A stretch of 64,000 nucleotides of DNA, from assembly GCA_016861205.1 (NCBI GenBank), contig BOKX01000001.1:136539-200538 (forward strand), read 5' to 3'. This document shows positions 42,346 through 52,401 of the stretch, one piece after another. The stretch is from Patescibacteria group bacterium. GTDB lineage: Bacteria; Patescibacteriota; Microgenomatia; UBA1400; PJMF01. The notes below the pieces were generated by a model, which saw only the letters and a list, made by a program, of their open reading frames with translations, searched no databases and was not told the origin of the DNA. The first letter of the stretch is position 1. Every line of letters begins with the position of its first letter. Position numbers and translations under genes: made by a program.

Positions 42346-42615
42346 TTACTTCTTAGTGAGTTCAAACACCTTCTTCTTGATATTACTGAAAAAGGCAAAG
42401 ATTGGGTTTTTCTTGATGAGAGTATAAAGAATCTCACGTCCCTGACTGTCCCGCATTGCTATTGCATTTCTGACACCATCCTCACCGAGCTTCTGTTGCT
42501 CGTCTATAGCTTTGAGTGCCATCATGATATCAGCACGATTGGCATGAGGTCGTTTGAGTTGTTCTGTCAGTAGTCGCTTATTGAGTGCTAGGTCTTCTTC
42601 AAAGGAAAGTGCCAT
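42346..42615 (-). CDS. Small hypothetical protein
   Basis: 89-aa ORF after a TACAAT box. Confidence 0.55.
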   Translation of the reverse strand: MALSFEEDLALNKRLLTEQLKRPHANRADIMMALKAIDEQQKLGEDGVRNAIAMRDSQGREILYTLIKKNPIFAFFSNIKKKVFELTKK

Positions 42616-42893
42616 AATTTGACCGCTATTGTATCTTTTTTACCCGAGAAAGCCTAGTACATGTACACTAGTCCCATCTTGTTTTCACCACGAGTGGAGT
42701 AATCATCAGAGATGTCTGATTGCGTAACAACCTGAAATGGCTTCCAGCATGATAAAATCACTTCTGTCAGGCGTTCAAAGTCTGTCGCCTTCACTCGACA
42801 CAAACCTTCCAGTCCCCACATCTTTACACCCACGCCGCGAGGAGTAAAATCGCACTCAACCCATGTCAGATGCGTGGGATAGAGAGGTGGTTC

Positions 42894-43592
42894 ATGCCAC
42901 GAGTTGAGGTTCATTCATTTCAAGTTGTTAGCAAGGTACCTGACGAATCGCGTCCCCTGAAGGGAGATGGTTTTTCTGTAGGCAGCAATTGTGAGCTGTA
43001 CGACAGTCCAGAGACAGCACTTAGGTGCGCCAGAGAGTATCAACAAAAAACGCAGCGGGATAATGCAGTGGCTATCACTGTGATCACTGAGCTGGCGACA
43101 CTATCTGACGCTGAGGTGGCGCAGTTGCCCACTGGCTTGGCTTGGGGTAGCGCCATTGATACGCAAACAATTCAATTGGTCGAAGTGGGTCGAACTACTT
43201 TTCAACTGGATGCCAGTCCTCAAACTGTTCAAAGTAGCGAGGAAAATTCAGAATCAGCTAAGATGTTACCAGAAGGCGACTGGAATAGCTCTGAAGTTTT
43301 TCCCACGCTTGAAGAAGCATCATTTTTTGAGTTCCCACGAATAATTGGTAGTGTCGCTACCTTGTATATAGTGGAAACTTTAGTCCGATATGGTTTTACT
43401 CCCGAGCCAGGCAAGATTAAGGCAGCCTATGTCTTTATTTCTGATGATGAAAAGACCAACGTCTATTTAGTCTATTTATTAGGTACTACAGCGTACAGCT
43501 GGTCCGATGTTAATCCAAAGGACTCGGATTACCAAACCATCCTTGAAAAAGAGCGCCAGATTGTGTCACCGGTAATTGGTTTTTATCGTTAA
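42894..43592 (+). CDS. Hypothetical protein
   Basis: ~230-aa acidic ORF. Confidence 0.6.
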   Translation: MPRVEVHSFQVVSKVPDESRPLKGDGFSVGSNCELYDSPETALRCAREYQQKTQRDNAVAITVITELATLSDAEVAQLPTGLAWGSAIDTQTIQLVEVGRTTFQLDASPQTVQSSEENSESAKMLPEGDWNSSEVFPTLEEASFFEFPRIIGSVATLYIVETLVRYGFTPEPGKIKAAYVFISDDEKTNVYLVYLLGTTAYSWSDVNPKDSDYQTILEKERQIVSPVIGFYR

Positions 43593-44311
43593 GACAAATG
43601 ACTGGTGATGTTCATTGCCAGTGACGAGATAAATGGGATCAGATCGGTCAATTTGGCTCGGTTGTGCTGGTATAGACTGCCCTCCGACCAGTCATCATAG
43701 ATTTCAACGTTATCTAAGTCAGTGATGACCAACCGGTAGCTGCCGTCTGTAGCCAGCACAAAAAAAGTGCTGTCACCTTTAATTCTAATGTGGGCTGAGG
43801 AAATTTCACGCGCGATCAACTCCACTCGCTGCTTAAAGTCCTCCTGCCAAGTTTCGTCAATGATGTCAAAGGTATCACGTACATTTTGGGCGAAGTCAGG
43901 GTCTCTTTGAGTAAGTTGCTGAGTTTGCCTAAGGATATCTTCGCGGAGGTCATTAGTTGACATGACTAGTTTGGTGCCGCCTTCGGTGAGATCGGTCATC
44001 AACAGCCCGCGCTCAGTGTAGCGCAGTGTGGGGACGGTGTACTCGCGTCCATGGGGCAAGCTCATCAGCCGTTGGTGAACAGCCATGGCGTCTTGGATGT
44101 GCTGGGTAGGCTGAGAGTGGGAGTCAAAAGTTTTGTAGGCCAAGTAAAGAGGCGCTTTGTTTTCACCTCGCGATAGTTTAAATCTCCTGACAGAACCCAT
44201 GTGTCCGCCACCGAGTTCAGCGCCTTTTTCCAGAACCAGCTGTAAGGCTTTGGCATCGCCGTCCCCATTTCGAATGGCTTCAACAACTTCGGTCGGTAAG
44301 TTCTCTGGCAT
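43589..44311 (-). CDS. Hypothetical protein, protein-kinase-like fold
   Basis: LGGGHMGSV, LAYK, LLMTDL, VITDLDNV. Confidence 0.65.
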   Translation of the reverse strand: MPENLPTEVVEAIRNGDGDAKALQLVLEKGAELGGGHMGSVRRFKLSRGENKAPLYLAYKTFDSHSQPTQHIQDAMAVHQRLMSLPHGREYTVPTLRYTERGLLMTDLTEGGTKLVMSTNDLREDILRQTQQLTQRDPDFAQNVRDTFDIIDETWQEDFKQRVELIAREISSAHIRIKGDSTFFVLATDGSYRLVITDLDNVEIYDDWSEGSLYQHNRAKLTDLIPFISSLAMNITSHLS

Positions 44312-44441
44312 AGGTTGAGTGTAAACCGCCCTAGGGCAGTTGTCACGTCAGTAACAGGTAAGTTTTTTGGACAGTGATTGACGGCTACCAAAACAGGAAT
44401 AGAATCGGTTTCAATACTAGGTGTACATACAGAAAGCATCT

Positions 44442-44915
44442 ATGGTATCTCCTGAATTTGGTATTGAGGACACAGCTCCTGAAAGCCCGGTCTCTTCTAC
44501 GCAGTTACTTTCTTTGATCGCAACAGAGGTGGTCACCGAGGCGGAGGCCCAGGACCACGATGAAGAACCTCTCTTTGATCGAGGTGAAGAATGGCCATCT
44601 TTTGATGAAACACCCTTGTTTGTAATTCCCCGGTGGATAGATGCTTTTCTGACTGTAGGTGCTATCGTGTCATACCTCAATCGGGCCTTTAATTTCAGAG
44701 CAGCCAGCGGAGTTAACAAGGCCGCATTCCTGATTTTCGAAAGTAACGATGGGCCACAACTGAGACACATTACTTTATGTGGTTCTCAGAATATTATGTA
44801 CCACATTCTTGCGCCCAGTGACCCAACTTGGAAGGAAGTCTTAAAGAAAGAACAACAGCTACCTGATCAACAAGCGACTTCTGGTTCTGAAGCCGGGTTA
44901 GAATATCAAACGTAA
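44442..44915 (+). CDS. Hypothetical protein
   Basis: Acidic ORF. Confidence 0.55.
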   Translation: MVSPEFGIEDTAPESPVSSTQLLSLIATEVVTEAEAQDHDEEPLFDRGEEWPSFDETPLFVIPRWIDAFLTVGAIVSYLNRAFNFRAASGVNKAAFLIFESNDGPQLRHITLCGSQNIMYHILAPSDPTWKEVLKKEQQLPDQQATSGSEAGLEYQT

Positions 44916-44930
44916 GACGTTTTAGACGTC

Positions 44931-45704
44931 TCAAAGTGACTGCAAAACTATCAGCTGTTTCCCGTCGCCTTCAATTTGTGAGTCTCGGTTACTGTCTGTG
45001 TCGAGCAGAAGCCATGGAGCGTGTTGCTCAGCAAACTGAGTGAAGCCGGGATACTTTCGATCAAACAAGAGTTTGCGAACTGGAATATTCAAAATTTGCG
45101 CGGTCAAAAGCTCTAAAGTACAACCGAGTGACGCGGCAAAATCAGGAAACATCACCATCCCAGCCAACGGGTTCACTTGGCACTGGTAATCTGCCAGAAA
45201 GTCTCGATACAGCTGGCTTAAGTGCAAGTAAACTTGGAGTCGTTCTTCTCGAGATTGGGCGAAGTTACTAAAGCAAGCACCGTCAAAAGCGTTGTCAGCT
45301 AAGTAGCTTAGGAACGTTTGGGCATCGCTAGGTTTGAGGCCACCATTATAGAGCAGCCAAAACAAGTTAAAGTGAATTTCATCAAAAGTCGGTCGAGGTG
45401 CAATGCGCGGTGGCAAGGTCACTTCTGGCGCACCGAAGACGGGAAAAGTGTGCGCGACTACCGCATCAGCATACTGGGCATTGGTCCGGATGCTTTGCAT
45501 GGCCAAGTCATGAGGGCTGAGGTCTGGTTGCTGTTGGCGAACATACTCGCGTGCGCCGCCGCCTGTCATGGGCAGACTGAGATAGACAGTTGAGCGAGGG
45601 TTTTCGCCAAAGCCTGTAAAGGTGCGAGTGTAGACGTCGAGCAAAGTTTCACCTGGTTCTGTCGTCGGAAATACCGTCACAATGGGGTGTTCTGGTGCTG
45701 TCAT
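44931..45704 (-). CDS. Hypothetical protein
   Basis: ~257-aa ORF after a TACAAT box. Confidence 0.65.
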   Translation of the reverse strand: MTAPEHPIVTVFPTTEPGETLLDVYTRTFTGFGENPRSTVYLSLPMTGGGAREYVRQQQPDLSPHDLAMQSIRTNAQYADAVVAHTFPVFGAPEVTLPPRIAPRPTFDEIHFNLFWLLYNGGLKPSDAQTFLSYLADNAFDGACFSNFAQSREERLQVYLHLSQLYRDFLADYQCQVNPLAGMVMFPDFAASLGCTLELLTAQILNIPVRKLLFDRKYPGFTQFAEQHAPWLLLDTDSNRDSQIEGDGKQLIVLQSL

Positions 45705-45811
45705 GCCAGGCATTGTACGCAGGTCACAAGGGGATGTACAGCCACAGCTGCTGTAGGATGAGCTAGTAAGTGCGAGTTTCGATTCGCCTTTCCTTCGTGC
45801 TAGCATGGGGC

Positions 45812-46057
45812 ATGTACCAAACAATTAGCGAAGGTATCGCGGTGCTCGGTAGCTACCGAGCGGGTCACTTTAAACCACTCCGATTTGCGTGGCGGCAGCG
45901 GACCTACCACATCGAAGAGATTACCTTGGTCAGCGAGAGTCGCAATGGTGGTGTGCGAGGTCGCACCTACAGTGTGTTAGTGAAAGGTACGGTGTATCGA
46001 CTGTTTTTTAACCGAGATACTGAGGAGTGGCGACTGGAGGAGGTGTGGTGTGAGTAG
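45812..46057 (+). CDS. Small beta-rich protein (DUF6504-like) coupled to dinB
   Basis: PLRFAWRQRTYHI...YRLFFNRDTEEWRLEEV; overlaps dinB start. Confidence 0.75.
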   Translation: MYQTISEGIAVLGSYRAGHFKPLRFAWRQRTYHIEEITLVSESRNGGVRGRTYSVLVKGTVYRLFFNRDTEEWRLEEVWCE

Positions 46058-47366
46058 CTTTGTGACTCGGCCAGTTTCCGCTCAATCATCGCCGAGCGCT
46101 CCAGCCTCTACTGAGCGCCCCATGCGCTGGGCGCACGTTGACATCAACTCGTACTTTGCCACCTTGCTGCAACAAGAAAATCCAGCTCTGCGCGGTAAAC
46201 CAGTGGGCGTGGTCAAAGATGTTGGTCGGACTTGTGTCATTGCTGCTTCGAAGGAAGCTAAAAAGCTGGGAATTCCCACGGGGTGTGGCTTGCGGGAGGC
46301 CCGCCAGAAAGCCCCCAACTTAATAGTCGTACCCGCGGCTTTTGACATGTACTTGTCGGCCACTCGACGGTTGTGTCAGATTTTTGCCAACTTATCGCCC
46401 GAGGTTCATGTTTTTTCGCTCGATGAGGCATTTATCAATCTAACTGGTTGCGAACGCCTCTACCCCACTGGTCAAGTTTTTGGGGAACTTGTGCAACAGC
46501 AAATCAAGGCTGAGCTGGGTGAGTGGGTGACGTGTAACGTGGGGTTGAGTCACACCCGGCTGCTAGCCAAGATGGCTGGTGAAATGGCCCCCAAGGGGAG
46601 CATTGTGGAGATCACTGAAGACAACAAAATCGAGTGGCTGGCGCGAGCGACTTTTGATCAGGTATGTGGGGTGGGTTTTCGGTTGGCGGCCAAACTGGAG
46701 CGCATTGGAGTAACACATCCTTGGCAGATTAACTTTGTGCCCGATGCAGACTTGGAAAAGTTGGTGGGACCATTTTGGGCGAGTGAACTGCGCAAAATTG
46801 GCCAGGGTGAAGAAACCCACTTTTTTACCCATCCGCCCAGTAAACCATATATGCAGTCGGTGGGTCGGTCACTAACTGGCTATCGGCTGTGTGATGATGA
46901 GCGGGTCATCCAGCGGGTGATGTACAACTTAATCATGGAAGTGATGCACAAAGTGCGCAAACTCAACTTGGCTGGTTATCGAGTCAGCTTGGGCTTGCGA
47001 GGTGGTCGAAGTGGCGATCCGCAGTATTGGTATCAAGAGCTACGCGTTGGTGAACCTATCAGGCGAGCTGAAGTTATGTTCGACCTGCTTTATCACCGCT
47101 TGTATCGATCTTGGCGGCGAACGTTCCCGATCATCAAGATCAGCGTTAGACTCAGCGACCTACACCCCTGGGAGACAACGCAGCCAGTGTTGTGGCCAGA
47201 ATGGCACCAGCGGGAGCGAGTGGCCACGGCGCTGGATAAGCTAACTGCTCGGTACGGTTTGTTTACTGTTCGGCCAGGTACATTATTAACGAAGCACCTG
47301 ATTCAGCCAGAAGTCACAGGCTATTTAGGTGATAAAAATTACCAGCTTGATAGCCGGTGGCAGTAA
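46050..47366 (+). CDS. dinB: Y-family DNA polymerase IV
   Basis: HVDINSYFA, AASKEAKKLG, FSLDEAF, LLAKMA. Confidence 0.92.
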   Translation: MSSFVTRPVSAQSSPSAPASTERPMRWAHVDINSYFATLLQQENPALRGKPVGVVKDVGRTCVIAASKEAKKLGIPTGCGLREARQKAPNLIVVPAAFDMYLSATRRLCQIFANLSPEVHVFSLDEAFINLTGCERLYPTGQVFGELVQQQIKAELGEWVTCNVGLSHTRLLAKMAGEMAPKGSIVEITEDNKIEWLARATFDQVCGVGFRLAAKLERIGVTHPWQINFVPDADLEKLVGPFWASELRKIGQGEETHFFTHPPSKPYMQSVGRSLTGYRLCDDERVIQRVMYNLIMEVMHKVRKLNLAGYRVSLGLRGGRSGDPQYWYQELRVGEPIRRAEVMFDLLYHRLYRSWRRTFPIIKISVRLSDLHPWETTQPVLWPEWHQRERVATALDKLTARYGLFTVRPGTLLTKHLIQPEVTGYLGDKNYQLDSRWQ

Positions 47367-47385
47367 CCAGTACAATCAATCTCTT

Positions 47386-48582
47386 ATGTCTCAGAGCCCT
47401 GCCCGCAAACCAAATATCTATGTTTTGATGTTGGTGATGATTGTGAATGCCTTAGCGTATGGCATTATTATTCCGCTGCTCTATCCCTATGCTGAGCGGT
47501 TTGGGATTACGGCGGTTGGTTTGAGTTTCTTGTTTGCCTCGTTCTCACTAGCACAGTTGATTGCAACCCCGATTCTGGGTCGGTTATCGGACAAGTATGG
47601 TCGTAAGCCGGTATTGCTGGTGTGTTTGGTGGGAACTGGTTTGTCACTGGCCATGTTCGCATCAGCCAAAAGCCTGGCTGTTTTATTTATTGCTCGCATG
47701 ATTGATGGTGTGACCGGTGGCAATAACTCAGTGGCCCAAGCTATGGTGGCCGACTCCACTACTGGTCCAGAGCGAGCTAAAGCGTTTGGTATGTTGGGAG
47801 CGGCCTTTGGGTTTGGTTTCTTGTTTGGCCCGGCGCTCGGTGGTTTTCTCAGTCAATATGGTTTGACCTTGCCGTTTTGGGCTGCGGCGGTATTAGCGAT
47901 GGTAGCTGCAGGCTTAGGATTTTTCTTCTTGCCCGAAACCCTGACCAAAGCTCACGCCCGAGAGGCGAAGCACGAGTCGCTGTTTACTCTGGAGTCACTG
48001 AAGCAGGCGTTGGTAGTGGGTCCGACAGCGATTGTGTTATGGGTGAGTTTCATTGTGTATATGGCACTGAATGCTTTCATCTTAGGTTTCCAAACCTTTA
48101 CCGTTGATGTGCTGCAAATGAGCTCGCGTGATATTGGTTTGCTGTTTACCGCCTTTGGGTTGGTCAGCATGCTGATGCAAATGGGTGGTATTAAGTACTT
48201 GCTGCAAATTCTGAAGTCCAAGAAAGTGGCTTTGAGCTTAACTTTGGTGGTTGCAGCGGTAGCGATGTGGCTGGTGTCAGGAACTACGACGGTGCTGTTA
48301 TTTGGCATCCTTCTGGTGCCATTCATGATTGCCAGTGCGCCCCACTATCCGATGTTGTCGGCGCTGATTTCTGAGCGCTCTCGGGCTGAAGACCAAGGGG
48401 GAATTTTAGGCATCAACCAAGCCGTGATGTCACTGGGGCAAATTGCTGGGCCGCTGGTGGCTGGGCAAGTGATCACCCGCTCAGTGCCTTTGGCCTTTGT
48501 GATCGCCGGTGGCCTCTACGCAGTGGCAGCATTGTTAACTATCCCGATGTATCGCCCAGTCAAACACAAAGCTGATTTGTAG
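47386..48582 (+). CDS. MFS transporter (TetA/DHA1-like)
   Basis: GRLSDKYGRKPVL motif A, 12 TM helices, GPALGG. Confidence 0.9.
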   Translation: MSQSPARKPNIYVLMLVMIVNALAYGIIIPLLYPYAERFGITAVGLSFLFASFSLAQLIATPILGRLSDKYGRKPVLLVCLVGTGLSLAMFASAKSLAVLFIARMIDGVTGGNNSVAQAMVADSTTGPERAKAFGMLGAAFGFGFLFGPALGGFLSQYGLTLPFWAAAVLAMVAAGLGFFFLPETLTKAHAREAKHESLFTLESLKQALVVGPTAIVLWVSFIVYMALNAFILGFQTFTVDVLQMSSRDIGLLFTAFGLVSMLMQMGGIKYLLQILKSKKVALSLTLVVAAVAMWLVSGTTTVLLFGILLVPFMIASAPHYPMLSALISERSRAEDQGGILGINQAVMSLGQIAGPLVAGQVITRSVPLAFVIAGGLYAVAALLTIPMYRPVKHKADL

Positions 48583-48638
48583 TTTTACAACTCACGCTAT
48601 CCGACTTGAGAGCCACAGCTGCATGATAGAATCGCCCC

Positions 48639-49118
48639 ATGCCAAAACCTGTTGACGTTTTGTTTAACGCCAGTACCTCGAAAGCAGATTTGATTCAAGC
48701 GTGGCAGCAGATGCCGGCTGATGAGTTGTATCGAGTGTGGGTGAGTATGATTTTCGATCCAACAGGCTACTACGAGACACGCAATGAATGGCAAGAAGCC
48801 AAACTGAAGGAACAGGCCGATAGAACAAGAGAAGTTCTGGAGTATATCCATGAGCACTCGGAGTTATTTCCGTCACTATCGCATATTCAGCTCGAAGTAT
48901 TTGAGTCGATGGGTAGCATTCACACAACCTTGAAAGCGAGTGAGTGTTTGATATTGCTGGCTTTGACGCAGGTAACTGGCGTTGGTCGTATTCAAGTGAT
49001 TAATCGAGAGACACCACCAAGTCGGCCGAGTAATACTGAGTCAGCTGCTTCGGATGGAACCGCGATTTCAGACTCCGGTGAGCCAATCACGCCCCTCGGG
49101 CCAGTGGTCTATCTGTAA
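48639..49118 (+). CDS. Hypothetical protein
   Basis: ATG after TAGAAT. Confidence 0.55.
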   Translation: MPKPVDVLFNASTSKADLIQAWQQMPADELYRVWVSMIFDPTGYYETRNEWQEAKLKEQADRTREVLEYIHEHSELFPSLSHIQLEVFESMGSIHTTLKASECLILLALTQVTGVGRIQVINRETPPSRPSNTESAASDGTAISDSGEPITPLGPVVYL

Positions 49119-49174
49119 CGTGAGTTGCGACTTGGTAATCTCGACCGGAATGATAAAATGAAGATCGTCACCGC

Positions 49175-49246
49175 GCGGGTGTAGCTCAACGGCTAGAGCT
49201 CCAGTTTTCCAAACTGGCGACGAGGGTTCGATTCCCTTCACCCGCT
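49175..49246 (+). tRNA. tRNA-Gly(TCC)
   Basis: GCGGGTG...CCAGT-TT-TCC-AA-ACTGG...GTTCGATTC...CACCCGCT. Confidence 0.95.
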
Positions 49247-49271
49247 CCCCAAAAAGAATCTCGTCCAAAGT

Positions 49272-49925
49272 ATGAACAAACTTGACCTCCTTGTAGAATT
49301 TGATCGTCAACTACAAAACTTGATTGACAAGGGATATCCACAGCTTACTCAACTGAGCGAAGCAGTATTTCGAGACACAGTTAATCCCTTACGCCGCACG
49401 TTAGAAACACTAGAGTTACCTGAGGTTGATCTAGAACAGGGTAAGTTGCCGTTCGTAATCGTTGTAAAAAGTGATTTTGTTCCAGCGGAACAAATGATGG
49501 AGCGTGTTCAGAAAGATGGTAAAAATGGTGTCACTATTTTGCGTCCACATACGTCAACATCATTCCAGGTGATAGGTGACGTGAAAATTCCTGATGGTAA
49601 TGCCTACCTTTTGGTTGATATTGATAGAGGCAAGGAAAGCATCAATATGCCACCAGCGGAAGCAATGCAACACATTAAGAATGCTAACCGATCCCCTCTG
49701 ACTATCGACGAAGGCATAGCGATAGTCACTCACTATCCACAGTTTTTGATGAAGAATAACTGCTTTTCACTATTGGCTTCCAGAACAGGCTCGGACCAGC
49801 GAGTGCCAGCGATTTGGATTAATGGCAAAAAAGAGCCAAACCTGGGCTGGTGCTGGGATGGCAATCCCCACACTTGGTTGGGTTCGGCTTCAGGTGGTCG
49901 TAGACTACCCCTCAACTTCGACTGA
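49272..49925 (+). CDS. DUF5701-like protein
   Basis: RSPLTIDEGIA, RVPAIWI, LGWCWDGNPHTWLGSAS. Confidence 0.75.
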   Translation: MNKLDLLVEFDRQLQNLIDKGYPQLTQLSEAVFRDTVNPLRRTLETLELPEVDLEQGKLPFVIVVKSDFVPAEQMMERVQKDGKNGVTILRPHTSTSFQVIGDVKIPDGNAYLLVDIDRGKESINMPPAEAMQHIKNANRSPLTIDEGIAIVTHYPQFLMKNNCFSLLASRTGSDQRVPAIWINGKKEPNLGWCWDGNPHTWLGSASGGRRLPLNFD

Positions 49926-50285
49926 AAACCCGCCGTAGGCCATTTGGTTGACGTCAAAAGGCATGCTCATATCTTTGGTCTCGTCATACTTCTCAGCCAT
50001 TTCTTTCATGACGTTGGCATTGACCTCATCACGATGAGCTTTGGACTTGAAAACAATGAATGAAAACCAGACGCTGTCGTTCTCACCAGCGTTGGCGAGC
50101 TTCACGAAGCTGAGTGGCTTCATACCGCCCATTTCCTTGGTTTCGAGGTCATTGCCCATACACTCGTAGTAGGCTAAGGCACCGTGGCGCATCCAGGTCT
50201 CTTTACCCTCAGCGGCCATTTTTTTGTAGTCTTCGACTTTGTCTTTGGGAACCACTAAGACGAAACCGTCAACGTATTTGGACAT
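49905..50285 (-). CDS. DUF1428 family protein
   Basis: YVDGFVLVVP, HRDEVNANVM, MPFD..MAYGGF. Confidence 0.88.
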   Translation of the reverse strand: MSKYVDGFVLVVPKDKVEDYKKMAAEGKETWMRHGALAYYECMGNDLETKEMGGMKPLSFVKLANAGENDSVWFSFIVFKSKAHRDEVNANVMKEMAEKYDETKDMSMPFDVNQMAYGGFSVEVEG

Positions 50286-50422
50286 AAAGCCTCCTGACTG
50301 TGGGCTAGTGGTAAGTTGTAATATAGATTACTAAATATCAGCCAGATTAACAACCGCAATTGGGAGCCAAAAAATGACAAAGAGTGGCCTTTTACCCGAC
50401 CAATCAGGTATACTGACAGGAC

Positions 50423-51652
50423 GTGTCCAGTTCAAAAACTGAACCCACCCGCTGGCTCAAGCACTTCCCCATCCGGGTTATCCTGAAAGTGGTGTTAGTG
50501 ATCGGCTTTTTGGTGGGATTGGCCATCGGAGCCTACGCCTTTTACCAAACCTACCAACAGCTCCAACACCAACGATCGAGTGCGGCTGGTTTATCGCAAG
50601 AACTCACCCAAGCCCGCCAGAAGCTAGCTCAAGTCGAGGCTGATTTGGTAGCGTTGCAAAACACTGACCAAGTTTTGATCAATAAACAACTCACTGCCGA
50701 GATCAATGATCTGCAGAAGGGTTTTAAAGACGCGACAGTGGCCTATGAAGCCCTGTTGTCACTCACTGATACCAGTGGCAAGAAGAGCACCTTCAGCGCC
50801 CAGTTGGTGCAAGCCTTAACCTTACTCAGTCAGCGCCAATATACCTCGGCCTCAGCCCGTCTGACTTTGTTGACTAAGAATATTCAGGTTGAGAATGAAC
50901 GCCTGGCGGCCCAAACCCCCACGATTGCCGCCAACTTACCTAAAAGTAATACCCCACCCGGGTCTGGTTCTCAGCGACAAGTGGTTGAGACCGACGTGGG
51001 TTCGTTTCAAGTGGATATCATCGCCGCCGATTTAAACTCCACCCGAGTGGTAGTCGAGACCGCTTCGCAAAGCACCTGTACCAACGACTGTCCTGTTAGC
51101 TCTCTATCGGACTTTGTCAGCCGAGCCGGTGGCTTTGCAGGTATCAATGGTCCTTATTTTTGCCCAGCTGAGTACCCCAGCTGTGCCGGCAAAACCAACT
51201 CATTCGACACCTTGTTGATGAATCGCCAAAAAACCTACTTCAACTCAGACAACAATGTCTACAGCAATGTGCCAGCGGTGATTTTCTCAGGTAGCTCAGC
51301 TCGTTTCGTCGGCCAGAGTTCTGAGTGGGGGCGGGATACGAGCCCCGACTCGGTGATTGCGTCGCAACCCTTGCTGTTGTCCGGCGGAGAGGTTCGCTTT
51401 GGCGGTGACGGTGATCCTAAAAAAGGTTCTCGCGGCAACCGCAGTTTTATTGGCACCAAAGGGAGTACAGTTTACATCGGAGTTGTCCGGACAGCCACCG
51501 TAGCCGAGACTGCGCGAGTGCTAAAAGCCGTGGGACTGGAAAATGCATTAAATCTCGACAGCGGTGGCTCGACGGCCCTGATGGCCAACGGTCGGTACTT
51601 AGCTGGTCCTGGTCGAAACACACCATTTGGGATAGTTTTAGTCAGAAAGTAG
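50423..51652 (+). CDS. Membrane-anchored coiled-coil protein with phosphodiester glycosidase (NAGPA/DUF2233) domain
   Basis: TM, coiled coil, GINGPYF, ALNLDSGGSTAL. Confidence 0.82.
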   Translation: MSSSKTEPTRWLKHFPIRVILKVVLVIGFLVGLAIGAYAFYQTYQQLQHQRSSAAGLSQELTQARQKLAQVEADLVALQNTDQVLINKQLTAEINDLQKGFKDATVAYEALLSLTDTSGKKSTFSAQLVQALTLLSQRQYTSASARLTLLTKNIQVENERLAAQTPTIAANLPKSNTPPGSGSQRQVVETDVGSFQVDIIAADLNSTRVVVETASQSTCTNDCPVSSLSDFVSRAGGFAGINGPYFCPAEYPSCAGKTNSFDTLLMNRQKTYFNSDNNVYSNVPAVIFSGSSARFVGQSSEWGRDTSPDSVIASQPLLLSGGEVRFGGDGDPKKGSRGNRSFIGTKGSTVYIGVVRTATVAETARVLKAVGLENALNLDSGGSTALMANGRYLAGPGRNTPFGIVLVRK

Positions 51653-51658
51653 TTTGCT

Positions 51659-52015
51659 ATGCCTATGAAAACCTACGCCTCCATCGACGAGTACATCAGC
51701 AACTTTCCGCCAGAAGTGCAAAAAGTACTCACTAAAATTCGCCAAACCATCCAGCGGGCCGCGCCGGAAGCAACCGAAGCAATTCGCTATGGTATTCCTA
51801 CCTTTCAGCTTAAAGGCAACTTAGTTCACTTTGCGGCGTACCAAAAACACTACGGTTTCTACCCCGGAGCGGCGGCTATCAGTGACTTTGCTGCTGAGCT
51901 GAAAGGTTACGAAACCAGCAAAGGGACAGTTCAGTTCCCCATCGATCAACCGGTACCATTTGAGTTGATTACCAAAATCACCAAAGCTCGGGTAAAAGCT
52001 AATTTAGCAAAGTAA
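51659..52015 (+). CDS. DUF1801/YdhG-like protein
   Basis: IDEYI, EAIRYGIPTF, HYGFYPG, SKGTVQFP. Confidence 0.88.
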   Translation: MPMKTYASIDEYISNFPPEVQKVLTKIRQTIQRAAPEATEAIRYGIPTFQLKGNLVHFAAYQKHYGFYPGAAAISDFAAELKGYETSKGTVQFPIDQPVPFELITKITKARVKANLAK

Positions 52016-52147
52016 GTGGCAAAATGCCTGCCGATGTGCAGCAATCAGTGTCGTTGTCACACCAAGGTGAGTTTCTGAGTTGGTATCAAGATGTGACAGT
52101 CGTCATGGACGAACTGCTCATAGACACTATTCATAAAACACTGTTAG

Positions 52148-52375
52148 ATGAAAGTGTTGATGAAAAAGAAGACCCCCAAACGTTGGCACTTCAACCTCAG
52201 AACACTGGTGGAAGTGATAGCAGTGGTGATGGTGTGGCGGGGAGTTTGGATACTGCTTGATCATTTTTTATTGCCTGCTCATCCTCTATTGAGTGGGACG
52301 GTCAGTCTTTGCTTGGGCCTAGTGGTGCTGTTGGTAGATGATTTTTTGCTCAAAGAAATTGACGCTAGGTTATAG
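52148..52375 (+). CDS. Small two-TM membrane protein
   Basis: VMVWRGVWILLD motif. Confidence 0.6.
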   Translation: MKVLMKKKTPKRWHFNLRTLVEVIAVVMVWRGVWILLDHFLLPAHPLLSGTVSLCLGLVVLLVDDFLLKEIDARL

Positions 52376-52401
52376 TACAAACACTCACATAAGGAGGTCC
52401 G

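Larger units (their letters stand above)
40152..42650. mobile_element. Putative integrated element at tRNA-Pro (right boundary uncertain, may extend to ~45700)
   Basis: Integrase abutting the tRNA, followed by AT-richer orphan ORFs; no att repeat recognised. Confidence 0.45.

Noticed and set aside
40152-45704. Prophage
   Set aside because: No recognisable capsid, terminase, portal or replication genes.
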